Shown here piece after piece: positions 12,935 through 24,690 of a stretch of DNA of 64,000 nucleotides (positions are counted from its first letter, which is position 1; every line of letters starts with the position of its first letter). Below the pieces are notes generated by a model. It had not been told where the DNA came from, searched no databases, and saw only the letters and a program-made list of their open reading frames with translations. The position numbers and the translations under genes were made by a program. Source of the DNA: Hypanus sabinus (Eukaryota); contig NC_082717.1 of NCBI RefSeq assembly GCF_030144855.1, positions 3,720,001 to 3,784,000 of the forward strand, read 5' to 3'.

Positions 12935-13046
12935 GAAGGTGCGCGGTGAAGCAAAGAAATGCCGAAAAGTCTACGGTGTGGAGAACCGTAGCCAGTGGTG
13001 CACGGCCTGCAGGTGGAAGAAGGCTTGCCAGCGCTTCCATGACTGA
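12935..13046 (+). CDS. ZNF395: ZNF395-like terminal coding exon, C-clamp/CR3 domain ([36 protein letters not shown])
   Basis: Acceptor cctcttgttggcag; near-exact family C-clamp motif. GEAKK and QWCTAC fit ZNF395 better than ZNF704 or SLC2A4RG as I recall them. Confidence 0.93.
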
Positions 13047-13841
13047 ACGCTGTTGACTGACCACCTCCCCAGGATCGCTGTCTTCTCCCCTGTGGGCCAG
13101 CTTGGTGGGTTGCTGATGCCGGGTCGAGGGGTGGTGGCAACCTCTGGTTCTCCAGGGCTGGACGTCTGCAATAGGCGGGAGATCAGTAGGGCCATGTGCT
13201 TGGGCCTGTCCCTCCTGTTCCCCTGTCCCAGAGATCTAGTGTTCCAAATCCTATGCAAGCAGGCTGCTTATGGTGTGGGTGTGTGTCTGTATGTGTGTAC
13301 AGTTTGTGTATATGTACCATGTGTGAGTGAGTGTGTACCGTGAGTGCACGTGTGTGCGCGCGTGACTCCCTTTGCTCATGGTGTAGCACTGTTTCGGAGT
13401 ACGTGTGTGTGTGTGTATGTGTGTGCACGGCTCACTGTCTCTGCTGTGACACACTCCCTCCCTCTGAAGCTTTGCCACTGCCCGATCCTTCAGCCACACC
13501 CGCACTAGCAGTGCAGCCAGCGGTGTACTTGTTCAGTTCCTGTAGGTGGGCCAGGGGACGGAAGGGAGGTCCACACCACCGTCTGGTCTGGAACTGTGCT
13601 AACCGGTTGGTCATTCATACGTGATCGTTGGTGTACTTGGTTCCGAACTGGGCTTTGTTTTGTCTTGTACAATGGGGTGCTCTGCAGACTGATCTTGGCA
13701 CTGCTGAGCCAGGGTCAGTAAAGTGCACAGGCAAACAGCTGGGCTGTGTGCAAGCATTCCTCTCTTCAGTCTTTGCTCAACTGTCCTGTCATTAGATCCT
13801 GACAATCTTATTTTGTATATTTAACAATCTTTGTGATTTAA

Positions 13842-13847
13842 AATAAA
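13842..13847 (+). promoter_or_regulatory. Candidate polyadenylation signal of the ZNF395-like gene
   Basis: AATAAA in AT-rich sequence about 800 nt after the stop codon, ahead of the TE block. Confidence 0.4.
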
Positions 13848-13965
13848 AAATTAAGATGGTGATCTGGAATTGAGTATTTTTCTTCTCTTTCTCACAGTGT
13901 TGGCTTTGCTGAGGAGGCCAGCTTTTCTGCCTAACGGTGGTGGGGTGAGCTGCCTTTCTGAGGCT

Positions 13966-14822
13966 CCCACACTGCTATTGGGGGGGGGGGGGGTTTCCAG
14001 GGTTTAGGCCTCACACTGCTGTTGAGGAGGGAGATCCAGGGTTTAGGCCTCACACTGCTGTTGAGGAGAGAGATCCAGGGTTTAGGCTTCATACTGCTGT
14101 TGAGGAGAGAGATCCAGGGTTTAGGCCCCACACTGCTGTTGAGGAGAGAGATCCAGGGTTTAGGCTTCACAATGCTGTTGAGGAGAGAGATCCAGGGTTT
14201 AGGCCTCACACTGCTGTTGAGGAGAGAGATCCAGGGTTTAGGCCTCACACTGCTGTTGAGGAGAGAGATCCAGGGTTTCGGCTTCACAATGCTGTTGAGG
14301 AGAGAGATCCAGGGTTTAGGCCTCACACTGCTGTTGAGAGAGATCCAGGGTTTAGGCCTCACACTGCTGTTGAGAGAGATCCAGGGTTTAGGCCTCATAC
14401 TGCTGTTGAGGAGAGAGATCCAGGGTTTAGGCCTCATACTGCTGTTGAGGAGAGAGATCCAGGGTTTCGGCCTCACACTGCTGTTGAGGAGAGAGATCCA
14501 GGGTTTAGGCCTCATACTGCTGTTGAGGAGGGAGATCCAGGGTTTAGGCCTCACACTGCTGTTGAGGAGGGAGATCCAGGGTTTAGGCCTCACACTGCTG
14601 TTGAGGAGAGAGATCCAGGGTTTAGGCCTCACACTGCTGTTGAGGAGAGAGATCCAGGGTTTAGGCCTCACACTGCTGTTGAGGAGAGAGATCCAGGGTT
14701 TAGGCCTCACACTGCTGTTGAGGAGAGAGATCCAGGATTTAGGCCTCACACTGCTGTTGAGAGAGATCCAGGGTTTAGGCCTCACACTGCTGTTGAGGGG
14801 GGAGATCCAGGGTTTAGGCCTC
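13966..14822. repeat. 39-bp minisatellite (GATCCAGGGTTTAGGCCTCACACTGCTGTTGAGGAGAGA), ~22 copies
   Basis: Unit read directly, with 36-bp variants; 13-aa periodic ORFs on both strands. Confidence 0.97.
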
Positions 14823-15014
14823 TGATGCACCATCAATAACTCTGAGACGTGGGTTAAGGTAGGCTTTTATTGGCTGGAAGACTTTCACACAACATCCTGG
14901 AGACTGAGGAAGGGTCTGTGGCTCCAATCTCCTTTATACCGGGGTCTGTGGGAGGAGCCACAGGAGCAGTCAGCAGCGGGTGCAAGTCCAGACAGGAATA
15001 TGTAGTTCACCACA
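14823..15014 (-). mobile_element. Gypsy 3' LTR (192 bp)
   Basis: TGTGGTGAAC...GGTGCATCA termini on minus, with TATAAA and AATAAA inside; purine tract AAAGGGGGGG just upstream. Confidence 0.88.
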
Positions 15015-18000
15015 TTCAACACCCCCCCCTTTGTTTTAAAAGTGAGTCCCCATAGGGTGAAGTTTCTTACAAGTATATTTACAGGTTAAGTCTATCAGGT
15101 GGTCGAATCTGTCGCTGCGATCTATGTAGCACCGGCTGTGATTGCACCGGTGCCGGTGGTGATTGCACCAGAGATGGTGGTTGTGCTGGTTCCGGCCTAT
15201 CTGGAGGTGTCAGCCCACTAGGCATCAGTGATCCCTCATGCGTGTGCGAGGCGCCTGGTATATGCGCGTGCAAGACACCCGGTATAGTAGAGTAGTGAGG
15301 AGTCTGTGTAGGGCTCGGTGTGCGCGGTGTCACCTCGGGTACAGGGTTCATATTTACTGTGGAGTGTTCGGGGTAGGGGTCTGCTGCCCCTGCGGGCGCC
15401 AGGTCGCGGACGGAGACCGTGTCCTCCCACCCATCAGGTAAGACCACGTAGGCATACTGGGGGTTCACATGTAGAAGGTGAACCCTCTCAGTCAGCGGGG
15501 AGTATTTATTGCTCCTTGCATGTTTCCGGAGCAGCACTGGCCCTGGAGACGTCAGCCAAGCTGGTAGGGTGGTCCCAGTGGCAGACTTCCTGGGAAAAGA
15601 GAATAGGCGTTCGTGAGGGGTGGCATTGGTGGACGTACATAACAGGGAGCGGATAGAGTGGAGTGCCTCAGGGAGGACCTCCTGCCATTGAGAGACCAGC
15701 AACCCCTTTGACTTAATGGCTAAAAGTGTGGCCTTCCACACTGTGGCATTCTCCCTCTCCACCTGTCCATTACCCCGGGGATTAAAGCTCGTGGTCCTAC
15801 TAGTAGCAATACCCCTAGCCAGCAGGTACTGGCGCAGCTCATCACTCATAAAGGAGGATCCTCTATCACTGTGGATATAGCAGGGATATCCGAACAGAGT
15901 GAAGAGCTGGTGCAGGGCTTTTATGACGGATGTGGCAGTGGTGTTGGGGCAGGGAATGGTGAAAGGGAACCGCAAGTACTCATCGATAATATTGAGAAAG
16001 TAGACATTGCGGTCAGTGGAGGGAAGGGGGCCCTTAAAGTCAACACTCAGTCGCTCAAAGGGGCGGGTGGCCTTGATAAGTTGTGCCTTTTCAGGACGGT
16101 AGAAGTACGGTTTGCACTCAGCGCAGACTTGGCAGTCCCTGGTCATTGTCCTGATGTCCTCAAGGGAGTACGGCAGGTTCCGGGCCTTCACGAAATGGTA
16201 AAGTCGGGTGACCCCCAGGTGGCAAAGATCTGCATGAAGGGCGTATAGCTGGTCGAGCTGTGCGCCAGCACACATTCCCCGGGATAGGGCATCAGGGGGC
16301 TCATTGAGACTTCCAGGCCGGTACAGGATATCATAGTTGTAGGTGGAGAGTTCGATTCTCCACCGCAAAATTTTATCATTTTTGCTTTTGCCCCGCTGTT
16401 GGTTGCTGAACATGAACGCAACTGAGTGCTGGTCGGTCAGCAAGGTGAACCTTTTGCCGGCGAGATAGTGCCTCCAGTGCCTAACAGCCTCCACTATGGC
16501 CTGGGCTTCTTTCTCCACCGTGGAGTGCCGAATTTCAGAGCCTTGAAGGGTACGAGAAAAGAACGCTACTGGCCTGCCTGCCTGATTGAGGGTAGCAGCC
16601 AGCGCGAAATCGGAGTCGTCACTCTCTACTTGGAAGGGAATGGTCTCGTCCACCGCATGCATCGTTGCTTTGGCAATGTCCCCTTTAATGCAGCTGAAGG
16701 CCGCGCAGGCCTCGGCAGAGAGGGGAAATGCGGTGGACTTGACCAGGGGGCGGGCCTCGTCTGAGTAGTGAGGGACCCATTGGGCGTAATAGGAAAAGAA
16801 GCCCAGGCACCGTCTGAGGGCTTTGAGGGTGGTGGGAAGAGGGAGTTCTAACAGGGGGCGCATACGGTCGGGATCAGGGCCAATGACCCCGTTCTCCACG
16901 ACATACCCAAGGATAGCGAGTCGGGTGGTTCCGAACACATACTTGTCCCTGTTAGAAGTAAGGTTCAGGACTTTGGCCACTTGGAAAAATCGTTGGAGGT
17001 TGGCGTTGTGATCCGGCCAGTCGTGACCACAGATGGTGATGTTATCCAGATGTAACCCCGTGGGTCGCCTCAGGCTCGCTCAGCTCATTCTCGTCTAGGG
17101 GGAGCAACCTTCGGCCCCGCCAAACTGGGTAATCAGCTGGTGTGGATGCTGTGTGATGTCCCCGCCTCGCCCAAAAACAGACAGTACACCATAAGCGATT
17201 AAATGAGTACAATTTATAAAGGTTACTGTAACTAAGTGATTAATAATGATACAGTATATATGAAGAGAAAAATTAAAGAAAAGGCGCCAAACTTATCGAA
17301 GTCCAAACCACTTCGTGCACAACCATTGGAGCTCAATCACCGAAGTCTTCTGGCCACCATTCAATCCCCCTCGCCTTCAAACTTTCAACCCGTCCCTGTC
17401 GCTTTTCCTCAGCCAAGCACTGCCACTCACCCAACAACTGAGGGGTCCACTCCACCCCTTTAGGGCTGGACATTATTTCAACAACCGGGCGGAGCCCACC
17501 ACTGCTGAAACATCCCCCCTCCTTGGAGTACCTCCTGGCCTCGGACCCCCGCTTGGGGTCCGTTCCTTGCCCAGCTTACAGCATTGTGTCCTCTCTCTCT
17601 CACTCCCTCGCGCCGATCTGCCCAAAAGCCCGTCAACAAAAGCTTACAGACTCAGAAGAAAGAACATTAATCCCCATTTGGTTTACAAAGGAATACAATT
17701 CTCCCAGCACTCTCTCGCAACAAAGAAGCATTCCTGCCAGTTAACAAACAAAAAAGCCCTTTTGATTACATACACAGTAACAAAGAAAAAAGAAGAAACC
17801 CCCTTTACACAGATAGGGAAATGTGGCCTTCAGTTGGCACTGGTCCACCATCCGGTCCATTTCCCTCTGGAAGACAGAGACGCCATTCGTGACACCGAAA
17901 GGGACGCGCAGGAAGTGATAGAGCCTGCCGCCTGCCTCGAAGGCGGTGTAGGGGCAGTCCTCTGGGCAGATGGGGAACTGGTGATAAGTGGATTTCAGGT

Positions 18001-19477
18001 CTATGGTCGAGTACACCTTGTACTGAGCTATCTGATTGACCATATCCGCGATGCGGGGTAGGGGGTACGCGTCAAGCTGTGTGAACCTATTGATGGTCTG
18101 GTTATAGTCTACGACCATCCTATTTTTCTGCTCGGTCCGAACAACGACCACCTGGGCCCTCCAAGGACTTGTGCTTGGCTCAATGATCCCCTCCCTGAGC
18201 AGCTGCAGCACCTCCAACTGAATGAAGGCCCTGTCCCCCCATGCTGTACCTCCTGCTTTTAGTTGCCACAGGTTTACAGTCAGGGGTCAGGTTGGCGAAC
18301 AGCGATGGGGGATGGATCTTGAGGGTGGACAGGCTGCAAGTGGTGTCAGTAGCGCAGTTGTCGGCATGGTGCTGGGTGGGATGTGTGGTTCGGTGTGTGT
18401 GTGTGGTCAGTAGTGGGGTATATGACGAAGTCCCACAAAACTCAGGATTCCTGACTGAGTGGTGGGAGGGGCCCGTCAAATGCCATAGTCACACTTTCGA
18501 GGTGGCTCTGGAAGTCCAGCCCCAATAGCACAGGTGCACACAGTTGAGGCATGACCAGTAGCGCAAAGTTCCGATATTCTGTGCTCTGCACCACCAATGT
18601 CGCTTCACAACCCCCCCAGATGTCTGTGGAATGCGACCCAGAAGCCATGGTGACCCTCTGGCTTACCGGCCGTGTCACGAGTCCGCAGCGGTGCACCGTG
18701 TCTGGGTGAATAAAACTCTCAGTGCTGCCTGTGTCAAACAGGTAGCGAGTCCTGTGCCCCTCCAACAGGATGTCCATCATTGACCTTGCAAGCTGGTGTG
18801 GGGCGCTTTGGTCGAGGGTTACAGAGGCCAGAGTTGAATCATCGTCTTGGTGCCCGGTAAGCACCCGTGGGTAGGGGGCAGGCCGAGGTGGCGCCAACAA
18901 AGATGGCCGCCCCCATGTCTCGCACGAGGCGGGCAGGCAAGATGGCGGCGACCAAGATGGCGACCCCTATGCCTCACACACAGCGCTGCTCGACCCCGCT
19001 CATGGTTCAGACTTACAGACCTTGGCGAAATGGCCCTTCTTTCCGCAGCTGGAGCAGGTAGCTTCTCAGGCCGGGCAGTGTTTTCGAGGGTGCTTTTCGA
19101 GTCCGCAGAAGTAACACTGCGTGGACTTGTGACTGGCAGCAGCTGTGGTCGGTTTTGGGGAGTTCGTGGACTCGCGACTGGCAGCAATGGTGGTGGATTC
19201 GCTCGTGGGTGGCGGGGTCTGCAGTGTCTACGGAACTGGCGGGGGATCGCATGGCTGGACAGCGTCAGCGTTGTGCAGAGCAGCCTCCAGTGTGTCGGCC
19301 GTCTCGATCGCCGAGCGTAAGGTAAGATCGGCATTTTCCAGCAGCCGCTGGCGCACGTACACTGACCTGATCTCCGTAACGAAGGCGTCTTGTACCAGGA
19401 GCTCCACATGTTGTTCCGCCGTCAGTCACTTGCAGTCGCAGGCCCACACGAGTGTCTGTAGGGCTCGCAGAAACTCC
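15015..19477 (-). mobile_element. Gypsy LTR retrotransposon internal region (partial gag, protease, RT, RNase H, integrase); 5' end deleted
   Basis: Gag zinc-knuckle-like region; protease LFDTGS; RT PWRAQVVVV..RMVVDY..LDAYPLP..FLRVPFG; RNase H AFFSR..EKEAQAIVEAVRHW; integrase SVDFKGP, HSDRGSSF, GNGQVER. Confidence 0.95.
17051..17809. mobile_element. Solo LTR (759 bp) inserted into the Gypsy RT
   Basis: TGTAAC...TTTACA termini with 4-bp TSD CAGA on both sides; removing it restores the RT frame FPYLDNITICG. Confidence 0.85.
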
Positions 19478-19590
19478 CTGCTGTTGTGGGGGAGATCCAG
19501 GGTTTAGAATTCACACTGCTGTTGACGAGAGAGATCCAGGGTTTAGGCCTCACACTGCTGTTGAGGAGGGAGATCCAGGGTTTAGGTCCA
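19478..19590. repeat. Three further copies of the 39-bp minisatellite
   Basis: Same unit as 13966-14822, on the other side of the Gypsy element. Confidence 0.9.
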
Positions 19591-19954
19591 GTCGATGCTC
19601 CATGTCAGGATTTATTTACTGATCTATTTCCCTCTTCAGCTTGAGATACAGTGTGGAACTGGCCATTCTGGTACCATCCAACAACCCCTGTTTTAACCCT
19701 AGCCTAATGATAGGATTATTTACAATGACCTATAACCTCTGGAGGAAAGCAGAGCACACAGGGAAACCCACGCATTCCACGGGGAGGACATGCAGACTCA
19801 TTATTGATGACACCAGTATTGAACTCCAATAGCTGTAATAGTGTCACGGGAAACCCTATGCTACCATGTTTGGTGGAAGGTGTTTTCAGGTGTTCCCCTG
19901 TCTATGGGAGGGTGGGAGGGAAAGAAAATTAAACAACCCACATATCACATACAA

Positions 19955-21375
19955 AACATTGGAGGAACTCAGCAGGCCAGGCAGCCTCTATGGAAAAGAG
20001 TACAGTCGACGTTTTGGGCCGCGACTCTTCAGCGGGACTGGAGAGAAAATATGAGGAGTCAGAGTGGGTGAAGTGGAGAAAGAAGCAGAAGGTGAAAGGT
20101 GAAACTGGGAATGGGAGAGGAATAAAGAGCTGGGAAGTTGATTGGTGAAGGAGATACAGGGCTGGAGAAGGGGAAGTCTAATAGGAGAGGACAGAAAACC
20201 ATGGAAGAAAGAAGAAGGGGGAGGAGCACCAGAGGGCAGCAAGGAGATGAGGTAAGGGAGGGAAATGGGAATGGGGAATAGAGGGGGGATGTTACCAGAA
20301 GTTTGAGAAATTGATGTTAATGCCATCAGTTTGGAGGCTACACAGATGGAATATAAGGTGTTTTTCCTCCGACCTGAGAGTGGCCTCATTGTGACAGTAG
20401 AGGAGGCCGTGGATGAACGTATCAGAAAGAGAAGCAGAATTAAAATGGGAGGCCACTGGAAGATTGGGCTTTTCCTGGTGCTCGGTGAAGTGGTCTCTCA
20501 ATCTATGTTGGGTTTCACCGATTTATAGGAGGCTATAACGAGAGCTCTGGATGCATTAGATGATCCCAACAGATTGTTTGGGGCCCTGGATGATAGTGAG
20601 GGAGGAGGTGTAGGGGAACCTGTTCTGCTTGTAAGGTTAAATGCCAGGAGGGAGATCAGTGGGGAGAGATGAATTGTCAAGGAAGTCATGTAGGGAGTGA
20701 TCCCTGAGGAATGCAGAAAGTTGGTGGGGGGGGGGGGTGAGATGTTCTTGGTGGTGGGAATTGGAGATGGCAAAAGTTCTGGAGAATTATGAGTTATGTG
20801 CTGGATATGAAGGCTGGTGGGGTGATAGGTAAGAACAAGAGGAATCCTGTCCCTCGTGGAGTGGGGGGAGGATATGTGAACACAAATGTGCACAAAATGG
20901 AAGAGATGCAATTGAGGGCAGCATTGATGGTGGAGAAAGGGAAGACCCTTTCTGTGAAGGAGGATATCTCCTTCATTCTGGAATGAAAAACCTCATCCTG
21001 AGAGCAGATGCAACAGAGGTGTTGGAATTGAGGGAAGGGGATGCCACTTCTAAAAGTCCCCACTTTTTTTTCTTCCATGGCCTTCCGTCCTCTCCTAGCA
21101 GATTCCCCCTTCTCCAGCCCTGTATCTCTTTCACCAATTAACTTCCTAGCTCTTTACTTCACCCCTCCCATTCCCAGTTTCACCTATCACCTGTGTTTGA
21201 CTACCCCTTCCCCACCTTTTAAATCTACACCTCAGCTTTTTTTCCTCCAGTCCCGCTGAAGGGTCTTGGCCTGAAACATCAACTGTACTCCTTTCCACAG
21301 ATACTGCCCGGCCTGCTGAGTTCCTCCTTAATTTTGTGTGTGTTACTTGGATTTCCAGCATCTGCAGATTTTCTC
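19955..21375 (-). mobile_element. Penelope-like element fragment with an inverted terminal copy
   Basis: GIY-YIG C-terminal motif LPVASHFNS..HGLLYCHNEATLRSEEKHLIF and RDRIPLVLTYHP on minus; terminal segment repeated in + orientation at about 21060-21375. Confidence 0.75.
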
Positions 21376-22009
21376 TGGTTTGTGGCTGAAGCCACCCAGA
21401 GCCATTTTACATTGACTTAATCATTCTATATCAAATTCCAACCTCTTGTTTTTTAACCACGGCAACAAAATAACCATTAAATATTCCCACTTGATATACA
21501 CCAACAAAAGTTCAGGTTGAAGTTTATGGTCATTCAGCGATACACGTGTATAGCACCAAATGAAACAACGTTCCTCTGGACCAGGGTGCATTACAGAGTA
21601 CAGATAACTCACACACAACACATTCGTGCCACAAGTTAAAAAGTAAACAGCATATTGCCATTGACTTCTCACAGGTGAAGACACCTGGGTGCTGACAGGG
21701 TTAACATATGAGGAACGTTTGATAGCTTCGGCTCTGTATTTTGCTGGAACTTAGCAGGATGAGGGGAATCGCATTGAAACCTAGACGAGGGCTAGAGAGA
21801 GTAAACGTGGAGAGGATGAGAGGATGTTTCCCATAGTGGGGGGGGTGGGTTTCTTGGACAAGAGGGCACAGCCTCAGGATAGAGAGGCATTTATTTAAAA
21901 CAGAGATGTGGAGAAATGTCCTTAGCCAGAGGGTGGTGAATTTGTAGAGGCCAGGTTGGTGGGGATACTTAAGGCAGAGCTTGACAGGTTCCTGACTGGT
22001 CAAACACAT

Positions 22010-22800
22010 CTTTTCCTACCCCACTTTCTGCTTTCCGCAGGGATCGCTCCCTTGTCCATTTATCCCTCCCCACTGATCTCCCTCCTGGCATTGTCCTGCC
22101 AGTGGAACAAGTGCTAGACCTGCCCCTACACCTCCTCCCTATCATTCGGGGCCCCAAACAGTCCTTCCAGGTGAGGCGACACTTCACCTGTAAGTCTGTT
22201 GGGGTCATTTTCTGTGTCTGATGCTCCCGGTGTGACCTCCTGTATATTGCTGAGACCCGACGCAGATTGGGAGGCCGCTTCGCCAGCACCTGCGCTCTGC
22301 CTGCCAGAAGAAGCAGGAGATCTCCCAGTGGCCACCCATTTTAATTCCAATTTCCGTTCCCATTCTGATATGTCTATCCATGGCCTTCTCTACTGTTGGG
22401 ATAAGGCCATTCTTAGGTTGGATGAACACTACCTTGTATTCTGTTTGTGTAGGAACATCGATTTCTCAAACTTCTGGTAAAGCCCTTCCCCATTCCCTCT
22501 TCACCGTTCTCCATCCTCTCCCTCTGGTGCACCTCCCCCCTTTTCTTTCTTCCATGGCCTTCTCCAATCAGACTACCCCTTCTCCAGCTCTGTACCTCTT
22601 TCACCAATCAACTTCCCAGCTCCTTACTTCACTTCTCCCCTTCCCAGCTTCACCTATCACTTTGTGTTTCTTTTTAAATCTACTCCTCATCCTTTTTTTC
22701 TCTAGTCTCGCCGAAGGGTCTCGGCCCAAAACGTCAACTGTACTTTTTTCCATTGATGCTGCCTGACCTGTTGGGTTCCTCCAGCATTTTGTGTGTTATT
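22010..22800 (+). mobile_element. Penelope-like element 3' fragment (GIY-YIG endonuclease)
   Basis: FTCKSVGVIFCV*CSRCDLLYIAETRRRLG..LPVATHFNS..HGLLYC. Confidence 0.8.
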
Positions 22801-22829
22801 TCAATAATTTCCCCTTCTTCTGCTGACAT

Positions 22830-24690
22830 CTAGTTACTTCTCCAAAGTAACTGTGTTGCCTGGCTCCTGGCATCTTTTGCTCTGTTCAGCCAATCATTCA
22901 TTCCATCTGTTGGACTCCGATCATCATTCCCTCGTACCCCAGCTGACAGGCCCAGTCCCCTGTGGTCCTTGGAGTGCCCTGGGAAATCCTGGCCAGAATC
23001 ATTGGCTACCTTAAGCAATGCCTGGACATCTCCAGATAACAGATTAAAAGTCTGGCGACACCATTATGAAAGGCTACTGGTTTGCGTAGTGGATTGGGGG
23101 CTTCACTAATCACGTTGCATACCTCAGCCGGGGCGCAGAGAAAATCCCTACCATTACATGAGGAGCCTGGAGCAGAAAGTCTGTGCTGTTTTCCGATCCC
23201 TTCCCGGCTTGGGTCCACGTGCCCAGTGTGTTTGTGACCTTGTAGCGGCCGGTTCCCTCACTGTGCTGTTTTCCGATCCCTTCCCGGCTTGGGTCCACGT
23301 GCCCAGTGTGTTTGTGACCTTGTCGCGGCCAGTTCCCTCACTGTGCTGTTTTCCGATCCCTTCCCGGCTTGGTTCACGTGCCCAGTGTGTTTCTGATCTT
23401 GTCGCGGCCGGTTCCCTTACTGTGCTGTTTTCCGATCCCTTCCCGGCTTGGGTCCACGTGCCCAGTGTGTTTGTGATCTTGTCACAGCCGGTTGCCTCGG
23501 CTGTTGCTGCTGCGCTGCACTGGGTGGTCTCGAAGCCGGGACACCCCAAAAGCCATTTCCATATCACCCAGAAGCCCCAGGTAAGGGGGAAGGGCTCTGA
23601 TGGGGACACATTCGCCCTTTTGCATAATTTGGTCTTCCTCATTGTTTGGGTTTAACCTTTGGATGTCGGTGTCGGTTACCCACCTCTTCACATTTGTTAA
23701 AACACCAGCAGCATCATATCCTCTAAATCCCAGTGAGGATCTCCATCCCCAGCCTTTGTTTCATTTCACCAATACTGGATCTTTTTGACCCCAAGGCCAG
23801 TCCCCACCAGTCCACCCGTGGAGATCACGAGAAAAAGTTACGGAGTGCCTGCTATCTCCCATTTCCAACTAAATCCGGGACAACCAACGGGTCTCCTAAG
23901 AGCTCTTTCATCCCCTCTATCTTTGTTCAGCTGTTCTTGCTGTGGTTGTTGTCTTTATGAGATCAGTAGGCCAAGTGTTGCATGCAGTGTTGTTTCTGGG
24001 GATTAGCGATCCTGTTACCCATTCCACTGACCTGTTAATTGTCTCTTGTAATTGTATGATGTAAACACTTACTCTATATATTAATCACCTTAGCCTTTTC
24101 CATTGGTGAATGGGGCTGGCTCTAATCTCAATGTCTGAAGGTCTTTGGACCCTTCCAAACATTGTCTTGTACTGAGTCTGAAATCCGTGTGGTCACCAGC
24201 CAGTACGGGGCAGTTCCACTCACTACCCCAGTCAGAATATAACGACACAAGTACACAAGGCTGGGGTGGGCAGAGCCATGAAACAATGTTGGCTGTAGCC
24301 CTGTACAATGACCGGTAAGAAGGTGACCCAGGTAGGTCAGGTGACCTTGAGCCAATGGGATGGAGATCCAATGGTTCAATTGATGAGGAACAGTACAAGA
24401 CTCAGGAATTCCAAATACACAGGGGCGATAACTCCCCAGCAGCCAGAGACCAACCATTGTGAATAAGGAGGACCCTACGGACATGTGGAGATCGGGACCA
24501 TGAGGAATGCCTGGCCAGCGTAGACTCCTTTCCTGGGTAATATCCTTTTCTCTTCATTGACTGTTCATGGACTGACAGGGAATTCTAGTAGGGTGCACGG
24601 AGTGTGAACCTACGTGCTTTTAATTGAAACAATAAATTACTTGTCAGTAACTAGAGATTCTCTGTACCTCACTGATCATTGTTACACCGG
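22830..24690 (-). mobile_element. Possible degenerate ERV-like gag and LTR relic
   Basis: Minus-strand fragments MGDS..HGWTGGDWPWG, PIRALPPY and ISEAPNPLRKPVAF loosely resemble retroviral MA/late/CA regions; TGTAA..TTACA-bounded block 24047-24686; no pol, PBS or TSD seen. Confidence 0.3.
23181..23490. repeat. 80-bp tandem repeat, ~4 copies
   Basis: CTGTGCTGTTTTCCGATCCCTTCCCGGCTTGGGTCCACGTGCCCAGTG... repeated at about 80-bp spacing. Confidence 0.92.

Noticed and set aside
13931-14836. 301-aa and 267-aa leucine-rich-looking ORFs
   Set aside because: 13-aa periodicity from the 39-bp minisatellite; open on both strands
22829-24655. 10-bp inverted repeat TCTAGTTACT bounding the ERV-like block
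   Set aside because: Too short, with no TSD or transposase; compatible with chance
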